Positions 9,363-19,040 of a stretch of 64,000 nucleotides of DNA are shown one piece after another (the stretch's first letter is position 1; the number at the start of each line of letters is the position of its first letter). The DNA is from Clostridia bacterium (GTDB lineage: Bacteria; Bacillota; Clostridia; JAAYHZ01). The notes under the pieces are model-generated. The model made no database searches. It was not told where the DNA came from and saw only the letters and a program-made list of their open reading frames with translations. The translations under genes were made by a program, and so were the position numbers. Location of the stretch: contig JBMNIH010000007.1 of the NCBI GenBank assembly GCA_050950825.1, forward strand, positions 96,001 through 160,000, in the 5' to 3' direction.

Positions 9363-11273
9363 TTAATTTTCTATGACAAGCTTTCGGTTTTTTATGTATG
9401 CACAGGGCCCGTCTTCGATCAATTCCGCTTCTCCTTTTCGGTTATATTTTACGGTTTTAGGAGAAATAAATTTATCGATTCTTCCTATTACGCCGCTGCC
9501 GTTTATTAAGGGAACGATGATATAAAGCTTAAAATCATCGTTGTCGGCAAGTCGTACCTCTATACTTTCACCGGATTTTATAATCCTTACTTCTTTGCTG
9601 AAATGTTCGTATACGGCAAACTCATCCCCCTCCAAGCCGACTACGTCGGTTTTAGATATGCTTCCTTCCACAGGTTTGTTTTCTTCGCTCAAGTTGAAAG
9701 CGGCAACAATTCCGCAGTTGTTGCACATATTTTGAAGCTTGAAAATCCGACCGGAGGTCAAAGGATCCACTGTTAAACAATCCTTTGCGGGAACGGCAAG
9801 CCGGTCGCAGCGCAAGATTCTTCCGTCTTCGAATACCAAGGGCCTTAAAATATCCGCATTGCTTCGATTCAAGGCGTCGCTAATGTAGATAGGCCCTCCG
9901 CTTATTGCTCGCAATACGCTGTTTTTTAGCGCTTGGCTGTCATCCGTCCACCACATATCCCAGTCGCAGTAATAAAATTGGCCTTGTATGAGGGTGTTAT
10001 AGGCGCATTGCAGAATATGCTTGGAAAACCATTCGCGATTTTCCGGCTGAAAATCATCGCTACAACGTGAAATCGGGCTGATGTTTCGGTTCCACATGTC
10101 CTCGCTTGCCATACCCATGCAGTTTATCATCCGGTTGTCGAAATGACGGCCTACGGATGCTTCGATTGCATTATGGTACTGCCTCGCTGCTTTACCTACG
10201 GGAGCAAGGCCTTTATAAAATCTTCGAGTCATGCTTTGGTTGTCTATCTTTACAAATTCCGCTCCGCAGCTTTGCAAATAATCGTGGAATGCGCTGTAAA
10301 AGAGGTACGCTTTCCCTTCTTCATACGTGGGAATAAACGTACCTTGCGGGGTTTGAATCAGCAAATCCTTGTAGTCGCGATAGATTTCCCCGTCGGGAGA
10401 TACTCCCGCCCAATATCCGGTGGCGGGATGCCACATGCCGACCTTTATACCGAATTCATTAACCTTTTCGATACATGCTTTTAATCCGTTAGGGAAACGT
10501 TTCGGATCCGCCTTAAACGAATACAGCTTCGAAGAGTGCATCAAGCGGAACATTTCCGACCGATTTCGGTAAGTCATGTTATAAAAGTCCCGGACTTCCG
10601 CCCACATGTCGTCTAAAATGATCCATTTGACCGGGATACCCTTCTTTCGAAATTCTCTGCACTTTTCGATAATGCCGGTTTCATCGACTCGAATTTCAAA
10701 TGCATCCCAGCTGCACCAGCCAAGGTATTCGAAAATTTCAGGATATCGGCGTTCTTTTCGGAGTCTGCATCCGTTATTAAGCAGCTTCAAACAGACTTCG
10801 GCGCATTTTTCAATTAACTCGTACGGGTTAGCCCCTTCCGCCCAAGCAAAGGCAAGTCCTTTGCAGGTATTCATTTTTTCAAACCAACTGAAAAGCTTGG
10901 CTTGTACAAATCCTTCCGAACAACCGGAAAGCACGCATTTGTACTGTTCGGAAACAACCGGAAGCACCGCACCGTAAGTACCGTCATTTTTTTCGTAAAC
11001 GAGACCTTGTGTTTCATTCGGTATATCCTTAAAATCCGTACCGAACTCCGGACGGCACCAATATTCGGAATGTCTGAAATCCGCCATCCAAGACTTAACG
11101 TCCTCTATTGTAAATTCAATTGCCGCTCCAAGGTCACTGTCTAAGGGCCGGTTAGAAAATCCGTCAATGTAAACCGCACATACGTCGTTTATCCGTTCTT
11201 CATAAACTCGGACATGATAATCCTGCTTGGTTTGGTCAACGGTGTTTAAATAAACGTTTAACAGCTTTACCAT
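9363..11273 (-). CDS. Sip1/raffinose-synthase-like alpha-galactosidase (GH36)
   Basis: GWCSWDAF, ILDDMW, VKIDNQ, RCSDDF and SGGPIYISD. Confidence 0.9.
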   Translation of the reverse strand: MVKLLNVYLNTVDQTKQDYHVRVYEERINDVCAVYIDGFSNRPLDSDLGAAIEFTIEDVKSWMADFRHSEYWCRPEFGTDFKDIPNETQGLVYEKNDGTYGAVLPVVSEQYKCVLSGCSEGFVQAKLFSWFEKMNTCKGLAFAWAEGANPYELIEKCAEVCLKLLNNGCRLRKERRYPEIFEYLGWCSWDAFEIRVDETGIIEKCREFRKKGIPVKWIILDDMWAEVRDFYNMTYRNRSEMFRLMHSSKLYSFKADPKRFPNGLKACIEKVNEFGIKVGMWHPATGYWAGVSPDGEIYRDYKDLLIQTPQGTFIPTYEEGKAYLFYSAFHDYLQSCGAEFVKIDNQSMTRRFYKGLAPVGKAARQYHNAIEASVGRHFDNRMINCMGMASEDMWNRNISPISRCSDDFQPENREWFSKHILQCAYNTLIQGQFYYCDWDMWWTDDSQALKNSVLRAISGGPIYISDALNRSNADILRPLVFEDGRILRCDRLAVPAKDCLTVDPLTSGRIFKLQNMCNNCGIVAAFNLSEENKPVEGSISKTDVVGLEGDEFAVYEHFSKEVRIIKSGESIEVRLADNDDFKLYIIVPLINGSGVIGRIDKFISPKTVKYNRKGEAELIEDGPCAYIKNRKLVIEN

Positions 11274-11458
11274 AGAAACATCCCTTTTTTTAAAATATGC
11301 CGGACGACTTTATTCCCATTTACAATATAACATAATGTATCATCGATTAACGGGATAAAGAACAATTTTAAATATTGGTACTTCTCTTTTCTCATTTTAT
11401 TATTAAGTATAGAATGTATGTAGCATTTGAATGAATCCTATCAAAGGGGGATGAAGAA

Positions 11459-13768
11459 ATGAGCTTTGAAACGGTTGTGGCGCTAAACGGAGATTATAAG
11501 CTGTATTATCTTCATGACAAGCGCTTGAAAAGTAGCGATCCTTATACAATTGCCGAATTATTGGAATCGGCGGAAAACGTAATCCCGGCTACGGTTCCGG
11601 GAAACGTGGAAATCGATATGATGAAGGAGGGGATAATCCCCGACCCTTATATCGGGCTCAATCTTTTGGATATGGAAATGTACGAATATTATCATTTCGT
11701 GTACGTCAAAGAGTTTGAATATCCGGAAAATCCGACGGGTGACGAGCTTTTCCGATTTGAGGGTGTAGATACCTTTGCAAGCTATTATCTTAACGGAGAA
11801 CGGATTGCAAGCACGGACAATATGCTTATCGAGCATGTATTTCCCGCTAAGGGGCTCAGGAAGGGAAAAAATACGTTAATTGTGCATATTGAGCCCACGG
11901 TATTGCGGGCAAGAGAGAATGAATATACCCTTTTGAATATTGCCCATAAATACAATTACGATTTGCTGTTCGTCAGGAAAACGGCATCCATGTACGGATG
12001 GGACATTTTTCCCCGATTGGTTTCGGCGGGAATTTGGCGTCCGGTGAGCATTATTCGAAGGCCGGCGATTCGGTTTACCCAAGTCTATTTATATACCCGC
12101 AGTGTAAATGAAACCGCAGCGCATCTTACTCTATTCTATGAAGTTGAGCTTCAAAGAGAACAAGCCGATGAATTCAAAGTCGACGTAATCGGAGAATGCG
12201 AAGGGCATACCTTCAGCGCCCAATCTCGCGTTTGGGGAAAATGCTGCAGAATCGATTTTACCGTCGATAACCCCAAGCTTTGGTGGCCCAAAGGATACGG
12301 AGAACAGAGCCTGTATGATGTGACCGTTTCATTAAAGCAAAACGATATTGTCCTAGATACGGAACGCTTTCAAACCGGAATCCGTACGGTGACGCTGGAT
12401 AGAACATCGACGGTAAATCCGGACGGTACCGGCGGGAAATTCGTCTTCATTATCAATAACAAGCCGATTTTCATATTGGGAACAAACTGGGTACCGCCCG
12501 ACGCCATTCCTTCTTTAGGAGACAAACGAGCGGCGGAAATCTTGGAGCTTACGGACGATATCGGCTGCAATGCCATTCGTATCTGGGGCGGAGGCCGGTA
12601 TGAAAAGGACGAGTTTTACGATTTGTGCGATAAAAAGGGTATTCTCGTATGGCATGATTTTATGATGGCCTGCGGAAATTACCCCCAGACGGAAGAATTC
12701 CAAAAGGCCTTTGCTGCAGAGGCAAAGCAAATCGTTCGAAAGCTGAGGCACCACCCCTCCATTATGCTTTGGGCGGGAGATAACGAGTGCGACCCTCCCT
12801 ATAGACGCATGATCAATTTCACAAATCCCAATGACAATATCGTGACTCGAAAAACGCTTTATTATCTGCTACTGAACGAAGATTTTACGAGGCCTTATCT
12901 GCCTTCATCCCCGTATTTCGACGAAGAATGCTACAAAAGGGGCATTGAGCTTGCCAGTGAAAATCACCTTTGGGGACCGAGAAGATATTATAAAGGCGAT
13001 TTCTATAAAAAAGCACCGGCGGTTTTCGCCAGCGAGATCGGTTACCACGGATGTCCGTCTTACGAATCCATAAAGAAATTTATTACAGAGGAAGCTTTAT
13101 GGCCCTTTGATAATAACAAGGAATGGATTCTCCACGCTTCTTCGCCGGATCCTACCCTTGGCGAGCCCTATTCCTATCGAATTGCTCTGATGGCAAACCA
13201 AGTGAAGGAGATGTTCGGCGAATTGCCGGATAATCTTTATGAATTTGCGTTGGTCAGCCAGTTCGTGCAGGCGGAAGCGAAAAAGTATTTTGTGGAACGC
13301 TTCCGATTCAAAAAACCGCAACGAAGCGGTGTCATATGGTGGAATATCTGCGACGGATGGCCTCAATTCTCGGATGCGGTTGTGGATTATTACTACACGA
13401 AAAAATTGGCTTACAGCTATATCAAGCGCTCGCAGCAGCCTTTATGCCTTATGGTCGATGACGAAGGCGATGAGCTCGTCTTAGTCGGTGTCAACGATAC
13501 ATTAAAGGATACGGAAGTAGAATTTACGGTAAAAAGCGCCGAAGACGGAAGAATGATCACATATGGAAAAGGGACCGTCGGAACCGAAAAGGCGATACCT
13601 CTTGCCAAGATACCGGCGCCGGACAAACAGGATATGTTCATCATCGAATGGAGCTCCGGAGAGCAAAAAGGTATGAATACGTATCTGTACGGGCAACCCA
13701 CCTTCGATTACAGGAAATACAAAGAATGGATTGAAAAGCATCATCTTTTGGAAGTATACGGATTTTAA
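11459..13768 (+). CDS. GH2 beta-mannosidase-like glycosidase
   Basis: YGWD, NWVP, RIWGGG, WAGDNE and ASEIG motifs. Confidence 0.9.
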   Translation: MSFETVVALNGDYKLYYLHDKRLKSSDPYTIAELLESAENVIPATVPGNVEIDMMKEGIIPDPYIGLNLLDMEMYEYYHFVYVKEFEYPENPTGDELFRFEGVDTFASYYLNGERIASTDNMLIEHVFPAKGLRKGKNTLIVHIEPTVLRARENEYTLLNIAHKYNYDLLFVRKTASMYGWDIFPRLVSAGIWRPVSIIRRPAIRFTQVYLYTRSVNETAAHLTLFYEVELQREQADEFKVDVIGECEGHTFSAQSRVWGKCCRIDFTVDNPKLWWPKGYGEQSLYDVTVSLKQNDIVLDTERFQTGIRTVTLDRTSTVNPDGTGGKFVFIINNKPIFILGTNWVPPDAIPSLGDKRAAEILELTDDIGCNAIRIWGGGRYEKDEFYDLCDKKGILVWHDFMMACGNYPQTEEFQKAFAAEAKQIVRKLRHHPSIMLWAGDNECDPPYRRMINFTNPNDNIVTRKTLYYLLLNEDFTRPYLPSSPYFDEECYKRGIELASENHLWGPRRYYKGDFYKKAPAVFASEIGYHGCPSYESIKKFITEEALWPFDNNKEWILHASSPDPTLGEPYSYRIALMANQVKEMFGELPDNLYEFALVSQFVQAEAKKYFVERFRFKKPQRSGVIWWNICDGWPQFSDAVVDYYYTKKLAYSYIKRSQQPLCLMVDDEGDELVLVGVNDTLKDTEVEFTVKSAEDGRMITYGKGTVGTEKAIPLAKIPAPDKQDMFIIEWSSGEQKGMNTYLYGQPTFDYRKYKEWIEKHHLLEVYGF

Positions 13769-13779
13769 TTATGAATGAC

Positions 13780-13819
13780 ATATCCGGCCTCTATATCAAG
13801 GGATAAGGAGGCCGGATAT
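13780..13819. terminator. Hairpin between convergent genes
   Basis: ATATCCGGCCTC..GAGGCCGGATAT. Confidence 0.65.
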
Positions 13820-13850
13820 ATAAGCGGCAAGAGAATTTCGCAAAAAACCA

Positions 13851-14573
13851 TTAATTCAACCGGAGCAATCTTGCAATGTTTTTCCCCATTACATATTCCG
13901 TTTCTTCTTTTGTTAAGTCCAAAACCTCGATTTTTTTCATTTCCGTCCGAGGATCAAGCAATATGCCGTCGGAGCCGAAGAGCACTTTTTCCGGACCGAG
14001 AATTCTGACGGCGTCTTTTATTTTCCAATAGGTAGGGACATATGCCGTATCCAGATACACATTTTTGTTTTTGCGAGCCAACTCGATGAATTGGTCGATC
14101 AAAAGAACGTTTCCGCTTGGAGCTCCGAGATGAGCCAATATTAATAAAAGGTCGGGATATGCTTTTACAATACTTTCGATAGCGGCATAATCGTTTCCCG
14201 AATCGATAAGACAGGGGACGCCGTATTCGATTGCCGTCTCGAGAACCGGACCGATAACCTCTGCGTGAAGAAGAGTCTCTCCTCGATGTATTTTTATGCC
14301 TTTCATGCCCCGTTCTTCGATTGCATACCTTATATCCTCCGTAACCTTTCTGTTATAACAAGGTCGGGCGTATGTAAAACCGATGAGCCTGTCCGGAAAT
14401 TTTTGAACTTCCTTGAAAACCATTTCCGTCGCATCCCGAGTCGATATGCACATGGCAAACACAACGGCTTTATCAATTCCGCACTTATCCATTACGGCTA
14501 CGATTTCTTCCGCCTTCGATTCTTGTCTATAAATATCTCCGTTCTTAACATGCATGTGGCAATCGATGATCAT
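13851..14573 (-). CDS. Amidohydrolase (TIM-barrel metallohydrolase)
   Basis: IDCHMH, AHLG and LFGSD. Confidence 0.88.
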   Translation of the reverse strand: MIIDCHMHVKNGDIYRQESKAEEIVAVMDKCGIDKAVVFAMCISTRDATEMVFKEVQKFPDRLIGFTYARPCYNRKVTEDIRYAIEERGMKGIKIHRGETLLHAEVIGPVLETAIEYGVPCLIDSGNDYAAIESIVKAYPDLLLILAHLGAPSGNVLLIDQFIELARKNKNVYLDTAYVPTYWKIKDAVRILGPEKVLFGSDGILLDPRTEMKKIEVLDLTKEETEYVMGKNIARLLRLN

Positions 14574-14668
14574 AGGGCATTCATCCCCCTCTCATATTTT
14601 AAAAAGTACCTGCATTCAATGTCCGCACCTTATAAATATTTTAAAGTAAATTTGCCAAAAAGAGAACT

Positions 14669-16075
14669 TTAATTTAACGATTTATTATTTTTCGGCAATA
14701 ACACTTCGAAACGGCTACCGCTATTTACTCGACTCTCAACGGATATTCTTCCGCCATGGGCTTCCACGATGGACTTTGCTATGGCAAGGCCGAGTCCCGA
14801 TCCGCCGGTATTTCGATTGCGGGATTTATCCGCACGATAAAACCGTTCAAAAATGAAGGGAAGCTCGCTTTCAGGAATGCCGATCCCGGTATCGGCAATG
14901 CTAAATCCCACGGAATTTTTTGTCTCAAAAATATTTACGGATATCCGACCGCCTTCTTTTGAATATTTCACGGCATTGGATACAAGATTGATGGCCGTTT
15001 GGCTTATTCTGTCGGCATCGGCAAGTATATTCGAGCTATTGCCACTAATTGAAACGGTTAACTTTTTTTCTTTAATCGCAACATCAAAGCTTTTTACGGC
15101 CTTTTGTACAATTTCGGCAAGATCGATTTCAGACTTGTTTAACCTTAAATTTGCACTGTCCAACTTGTGAAGATTTTCAAGATCATAAACCAAGCTTCCG
15201 ATTCTTTTTATCTCATCGTTACAGCTTTGAAGCCGCTCTGCGGTAGGCTCCCAGACGCCGTCTATCATGGCTTCCACATGGGATTGCAGTATGGCGATAG
15301 GTGTTCGAAGCTCATGGGAAACATCTTCCGTCAGCTGCTTACGCAGATTCTCTTGCTTTTCCAGTGAAAAAGCCAATTGATTAATAGACCGGATCAGCAG
15401 ATCAATTTCTTTGGTTTTGGTTTTTTCCTCAATACGGTCTTTATAGCTTCCGGCGGCAATCCTTTTTGTTATTTGAACCGTTTTAAAAATGGGCCGGCTG
15501 ATCCTTTTTGCAAGAAGCACCCCGATGAGCACGGACAAGAGTACGGAAAAAATACCGATGGATAGAAGGACGACATTGAGAGCATCGAGAAATTGAAAAT
15601 CGTTTTCATTTAAAAAATAGGGGCCGAAGTAACTGATATTCACATAGCCCAATTTTTCACCGTCTCTTGTAAGGTCAAACGTTTTCGAGATGAACTCACC
15701 GTTTATTGAGGGGTATTTTTCCTCCATCCTTTTCGTAATTTCTTCGATCACTTGGAAGCACAAACTCATATCATGCTTTTGGGCATCCCAAACAAGATTG
15801 TTTTCGGTATCATAGAGTTTAATGATATACCCTTCATAAAGTGCGGACATACCGATGGAATGAACCGTTTCCGGGTTCCATGTATCGGTATTTTTATCGT
15901 ATTGGCGGCTTAGAGAAGACACGAGTTCGCTTTTTTTAAGGTCTTGTTGTCGTATGATGTAGTTGTTAAATTGCCCGGCAATGAATACATTGGCTAAAAA
16001 ACTGATGAGAACCACCGTTACTAAAACCACCGCAATAATGGCCAAGGATAGCTTGGTTTTTAAGCTGTACATCAT
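14669..16075 (-). CDS. HAMP sensor histidine kinase (BaeS-like)
   Basis: SHELRTP, NAVKY, FERFYR and GSGLGL. True start is MMYSLK after the GGAGG RBS. Confidence 0.92.
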   Translation of the reverse strand: MMYSLKTKLSLAIIAVVLVTVVLISFLANVFIAGQFNNYIIRQQDLKKSELVSSLSRQYDKNTDTWNPETVHSIGMSALYEGYIIKLYDTENNLVWDAQKHDMSLCFQVIEEITKRMEEKYPSINGEFISKTFDLTRDGEKLGYVNISYFGPYFLNENDFQFLDALNVVLLSIGIFSVLLSVLIGVLLAKRISRPIFKTVQITKRIAAGSYKDRIEEKTKTKEIDLLIRSINQLAFSLEKQENLRKQLTEDVSHELRTPIAILQSHVEAMIDGVWEPTAERLQSCNDEIKRIGSLVYDLENLHKLDSANLRLNKSEIDLAEIVQKAVKSFDVAIKEKKLTVSISGNSSNILADADRISQTAINLVSNAVKYSKEGGRISVNIFETKNSVGFSIADTGIGIPESELPFIFERFYRADKSRNRNTGGSGLGLAIAKSIVEAHGGRISVESRVNSGSRFEVLLPKNNKSLN

Positions 16076-16288
16076 GTTATTCGCCTCCGAATTTATAGCC
16101 GACTCCGTGAACGGTCCGTAAATATTCCGGGTTTTTCGGATCCTTCTCGATTTTCCGGCGAATATTCTTGATATGGCTATCAATGGCCCGATCGTATCCT
16201 TCGAAATCATCTCCTAAAGCGATTTTGATTAGCTCTTCCCGCGTAAATACTTTCTGCGGGTATTTCTATATAATGGTGTAAAAAGGAG

Positions 16289-16317
16289 TTGAGCCAAAGC
16301 TCATACCTCGGTAAAAT
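16289..16317 (+). promoter_or_regulatory. SigA promoter of the IS256 transposase
   Basis: TTGAGC-17 nt-TAAAAT upstream of the GAGGAGG RBS. Confidence 0.6.
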
Positions 16318-16356
16318 ATAGTTGCTAAACAAATACCAAACCGAGGAGGATGAACC

Positions 16357-17565
16357 ATGGCTCAGTTTAATATTACTATAACCGAAGAACTTTTGCACGG
16401 ATTATTTTTATCAAATGGTAGGGATGAAGCATTCTCCAAATTGTTGGAGGAAATCTTCAACCAGATACTTTTAGCTCAATCTACAGAGCAAATAGGTGCT
16501 GAACCCTATGAGCGCACTGAAGAAAGAGCCGCATACCGCAATGGGTTTCGAGATAGACAAATGACTACGCGAGTTGGCACACTCACATTACGGGTTCCCA
16601 GGCATCGCAATGGACAGTTCTCTACAGAGCTTTTTGCCCGATACCAGCGCAGTGAACAAGCGTTGGTGCTGGCTATGATGGAGATGGTCATCAATGGTGT
16701 TTCCACTCGAAAGGTTGAGCTAATTACTGAAGAGCTATGTGGAAAAAAGTTTTCAAAATCGACCATCTCAGAACTTTGTAAGAACTTAGATCCAATAGTA
16801 GAAGCATTCCGTACAAGGCCTCTGCAAAGCCATTATCCCTTTCTCATGGTGGATGCCATCTATGTAAAGGTGCGGGAAAATGGACGTGTACAGTCAAGAG
16901 GTATGCTGATCGCCATTGCCGTTAACGAAGATGGCTATCGTGAAATCATCGGGTTTCAATTAGCCAACAGCGAATCAGAAAGCAGTTGGGGTGAGTTCTT
17001 TTCTTCACTCAAGGATCGTGGGCTAAAGGATGTTCGCCTGGTTACCTCTGATGACCATAAAGGGCTGGTTAATGCTGTTAGAAAGCATTTTCAAGGTGCT
17101 AGCTGGCAGCGTTGTCAAACCCATTTTTCCAGGAACATACTGGATCATACGCCTAAAGCATTACAGACGGAAATTAAGGAAGAGCTGCGCCAGCTTTATG
17201 AGGCTGTTGACCTTGAGAGTGCTCGTAAAATCAGAGACCACATTATCCAAACATATGAAGTCAAAGCACCAAAAGCCACAGCTCTCCTGGATGAAGCATT
17301 TGATGATATTACTGCTGTTCTTGCGTTGCCCCTGAAGTATCGGAAACGGCTTCGTACTACAAACGGTGTGGAAAGGTTGAATGAGGAAATTCGTCGTCGA
17401 GAGCGAGTCATTAGAATCTTTCCCAATGCTGCATCCGTCATCCGGCTCATGGGGGCTCTATTAATAGAGCAGCATGAGAAATGGCAGACCGGTCGTAAAT
17501 ACCTTGATATGCAGCTGTACTATCAAGTGCAGGATAAGGAATCAAAGTCTGGCACTGCTGCATAG
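16357..17565 (+). CDS. IS256 (Mutator) transposase
   Basis: RNG..R, GVSTR, DAIY, SDDH.GL, QRCQTH and RTTNGVERLNEEIRRR. Confidence 0.96.
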   Translation: MAQFNITITEELLHGLFLSNGRDEAFSKLLEEIFNQILLAQSTEQIGAEPYERTEERAAYRNGFRDRQMTTRVGTLTLRVPRHRNGQFSTELFARYQRSEQALVLAMMEMVINGVSTRKVELITEELCGKKFSKSTISELCKNLDPIVEAFRTRPLQSHYPFLMVDAIYVKVRENGRVQSRGMLIAIAVNEDGYREIIGFQLANSESESSWGEFFSSLKDRGLKDVRLVTSDDHKGLVNAVRKHFQGASWQRCQTHFSRNILDHTPKALQTEIKEELRQLYEAVDLESARKIRDHIIQTYEVKAPKATALLDEAFDDITAVLALPLKYRKRLRTTNGVERLNEEIRRRERVIRIFPNAASVIRLMGALLIEQHEKWQTGRKYLDMQLYYQVQDKESKSGTAA

Positions 17566-17570
17566 AAGAC

Positions 17571-17737
17571 GCATTTATTCCACGGTCTGTTGACAATGAG
17601 CCTCCCATGGCATGTTTTCAGGCATCAGGGCCATCCCCCTTATCTTTGAGGAGAAGTCTTGCGCTAGTATGGTGATGCCCGGCCAACAGCCTAACATGCC
17701 ATGTACTCATCGTCAACAGCTTTCGCGGCATAAACGC
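17571..17737. repeat. Long nested inverted repeat (possible structured RNA) inside the IS256 right end
   Basis: Stems 17571-85/17723-37, 17587-600/17706-19 (13/14), 17606-16/17693-703 (11/11) and 17621-27/17673-79 (7/7). Confidence 0.75.
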
Positions 17738-18409
17738 TTAGGCTATTGTCTCATTAGCTACCGTTTGATGACCGAGGTAATTTACACACTAATTTGGATG
17801 ATAAGAGCGGTCAGTATTTTAAACTCGTTAGGAGTAAGTTTTGCATCGTTCTTGTTTTTCATCACAATGCGACTTTCAAAATCGATTTCAAGATCTCCGT
17901 TGTTGAAGGAGCATTTGTTAAACAGGGGCGATAAATCATTGCATGATCTTCTTAAAACGGCTTCCATTCGGGCGACTAATGTTCTTAAGCTAAAGGGCTT
18001 TGTTATATAATCATCCGCGCCGATACCAAGCCCCTCCGGCATATCGGCTTCCTCCGCTTTGGCGGTAAGCATGATTATGGGAACCCTCGATTTTTTACGG
18101 ATTGTTTTGCAAATCTCTTCTCCCGGAATCTCGGGAAGCATTAAATCAAGCAAAATCAAAGCGACGGATTCGTTGTTGAGTATTTCGAAGGCTTGTTTCG
18201 CATGTTCCGCCGTAAAGACGATATACCCTTTGCTTTCCAGAAACGCCTTGACCACTTCAAGTATTTTCACTTCATCGTCCACAACCAGTATTTTCTTTGC
18301 TTGATCGTTCATGACTACCACCTGTAAAAAACCTACCCGGTTTATGCGAAATATATTATTCCAATTATATCTTCATTTTTCGCCCCGGCAATAGAAATCG
18401 GTATTGCTT

Positions 18410-18913
18410 TTAACTTTTCCAATTTGCAAAAATGATTTTTGCTTTCGCCAAAAATTCTTTGGAAATCGTAATGCTTGTGTCGGTTACCGTTTTAAACTCC
18501 TCCGTAATTGGAACCGGATTGCAGCCCCCTCTCGTTACCTCCACCTCATCCCTTTTGAAGCGATTTCCGCAATTTTGGCAAACGAGAACATCGCCTTCCT
18601 GAATGTAGTATCCTCTGCCTGAGCCGTAACATACTTGGCATGTGTTAAATGCCGTTCGAACGGTATTGTCCGATGCCCGAACCGCAAGAACCTCCAATCG
18701 AGTTCCCTTGATTTCCACAGGATAAAACGAGGCCTTTTCGGAGACTTCACTTATTTGTATCACAAGATCCCGGTCCTTGACCACGGTACCCGAAGCGCCT
18801 TTGGCATTTCCAAAAATCAATACGACGATAAATAGAAGGACGGCCAATGCAAAAAACGATACGGTTGCAATTTCTCCGAAATCGAGCTTTTGCTCCTTTT
18901 GTAATTGAGACAT
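18410..18913 (-). CDS. DUF2318 membrane-anchored Fe-S/Rieske-like protein
   Basis: AFNTCQVC, VCQNCGN and GGCNPVP; RBS AAGGAG before MSQLQ. Confidence 0.88.
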   Translation of the reverse strand: MSQLQKEQKLDFGEIATVSFFALAVLLFIVVLIFGNAKGASGTVVKDRDLVIQISEVSEKASFYPVEIKGTRLEVLAVRASDNTVRTAFNTCQVCYGSGRGYYIQEGDVLVCQNCGNRFKRDEVEVTRGGCNPVPITEEFKTVTDTSITISKEFLAKAKIIFANWKS

Positions 18914-19040
18914 GCTTTCTTCTCCTTTTTTTATTATTTTAATGGCAAGACGGTAGTCCGCTGTCACCGATATATTCCACAAGGGGCGGTATAAAACGGC
19001 TTATTTCGACTGATTATAGCGATTTCGTTTATGCCGCTTC

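Larger units (their letters stand above)
16265..17798 (+). mobile_element. IS256-family insertion sequence (~1534 bp)
   Basis: Boundaries set by the interrupted gene. Imperfect IRs TCTATATAATGGTGTAAAA / TCCAAATTAGTGTGTAAAT (13/19). Confidence 0.9.
16077..18321 (-). pseudogene. OmpR-family response regulator split by IS256
   Basis: The N-part (17800-18321) ends ..ILTALI. The C-part (16077-16265) reads KYPQKVFTREELI..TVHGVGYKFGGE*. The two join in frame when the IS is removed. Confidence 0.92.

Noticed and set aside
16076-16210. N-terminal extension of the histidine kinase in the ORF track
   Set aside because: It overlaps the regulator's C-terminal coding frame; the RBS supports a start at 16075.
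17571-17737. IS256 hairpin as 6S RNA
   Set aside because: The size is similar, but it lies inside IS boundaries and I see no large central bubble. An Rfam scan is needed to exclude it fully.
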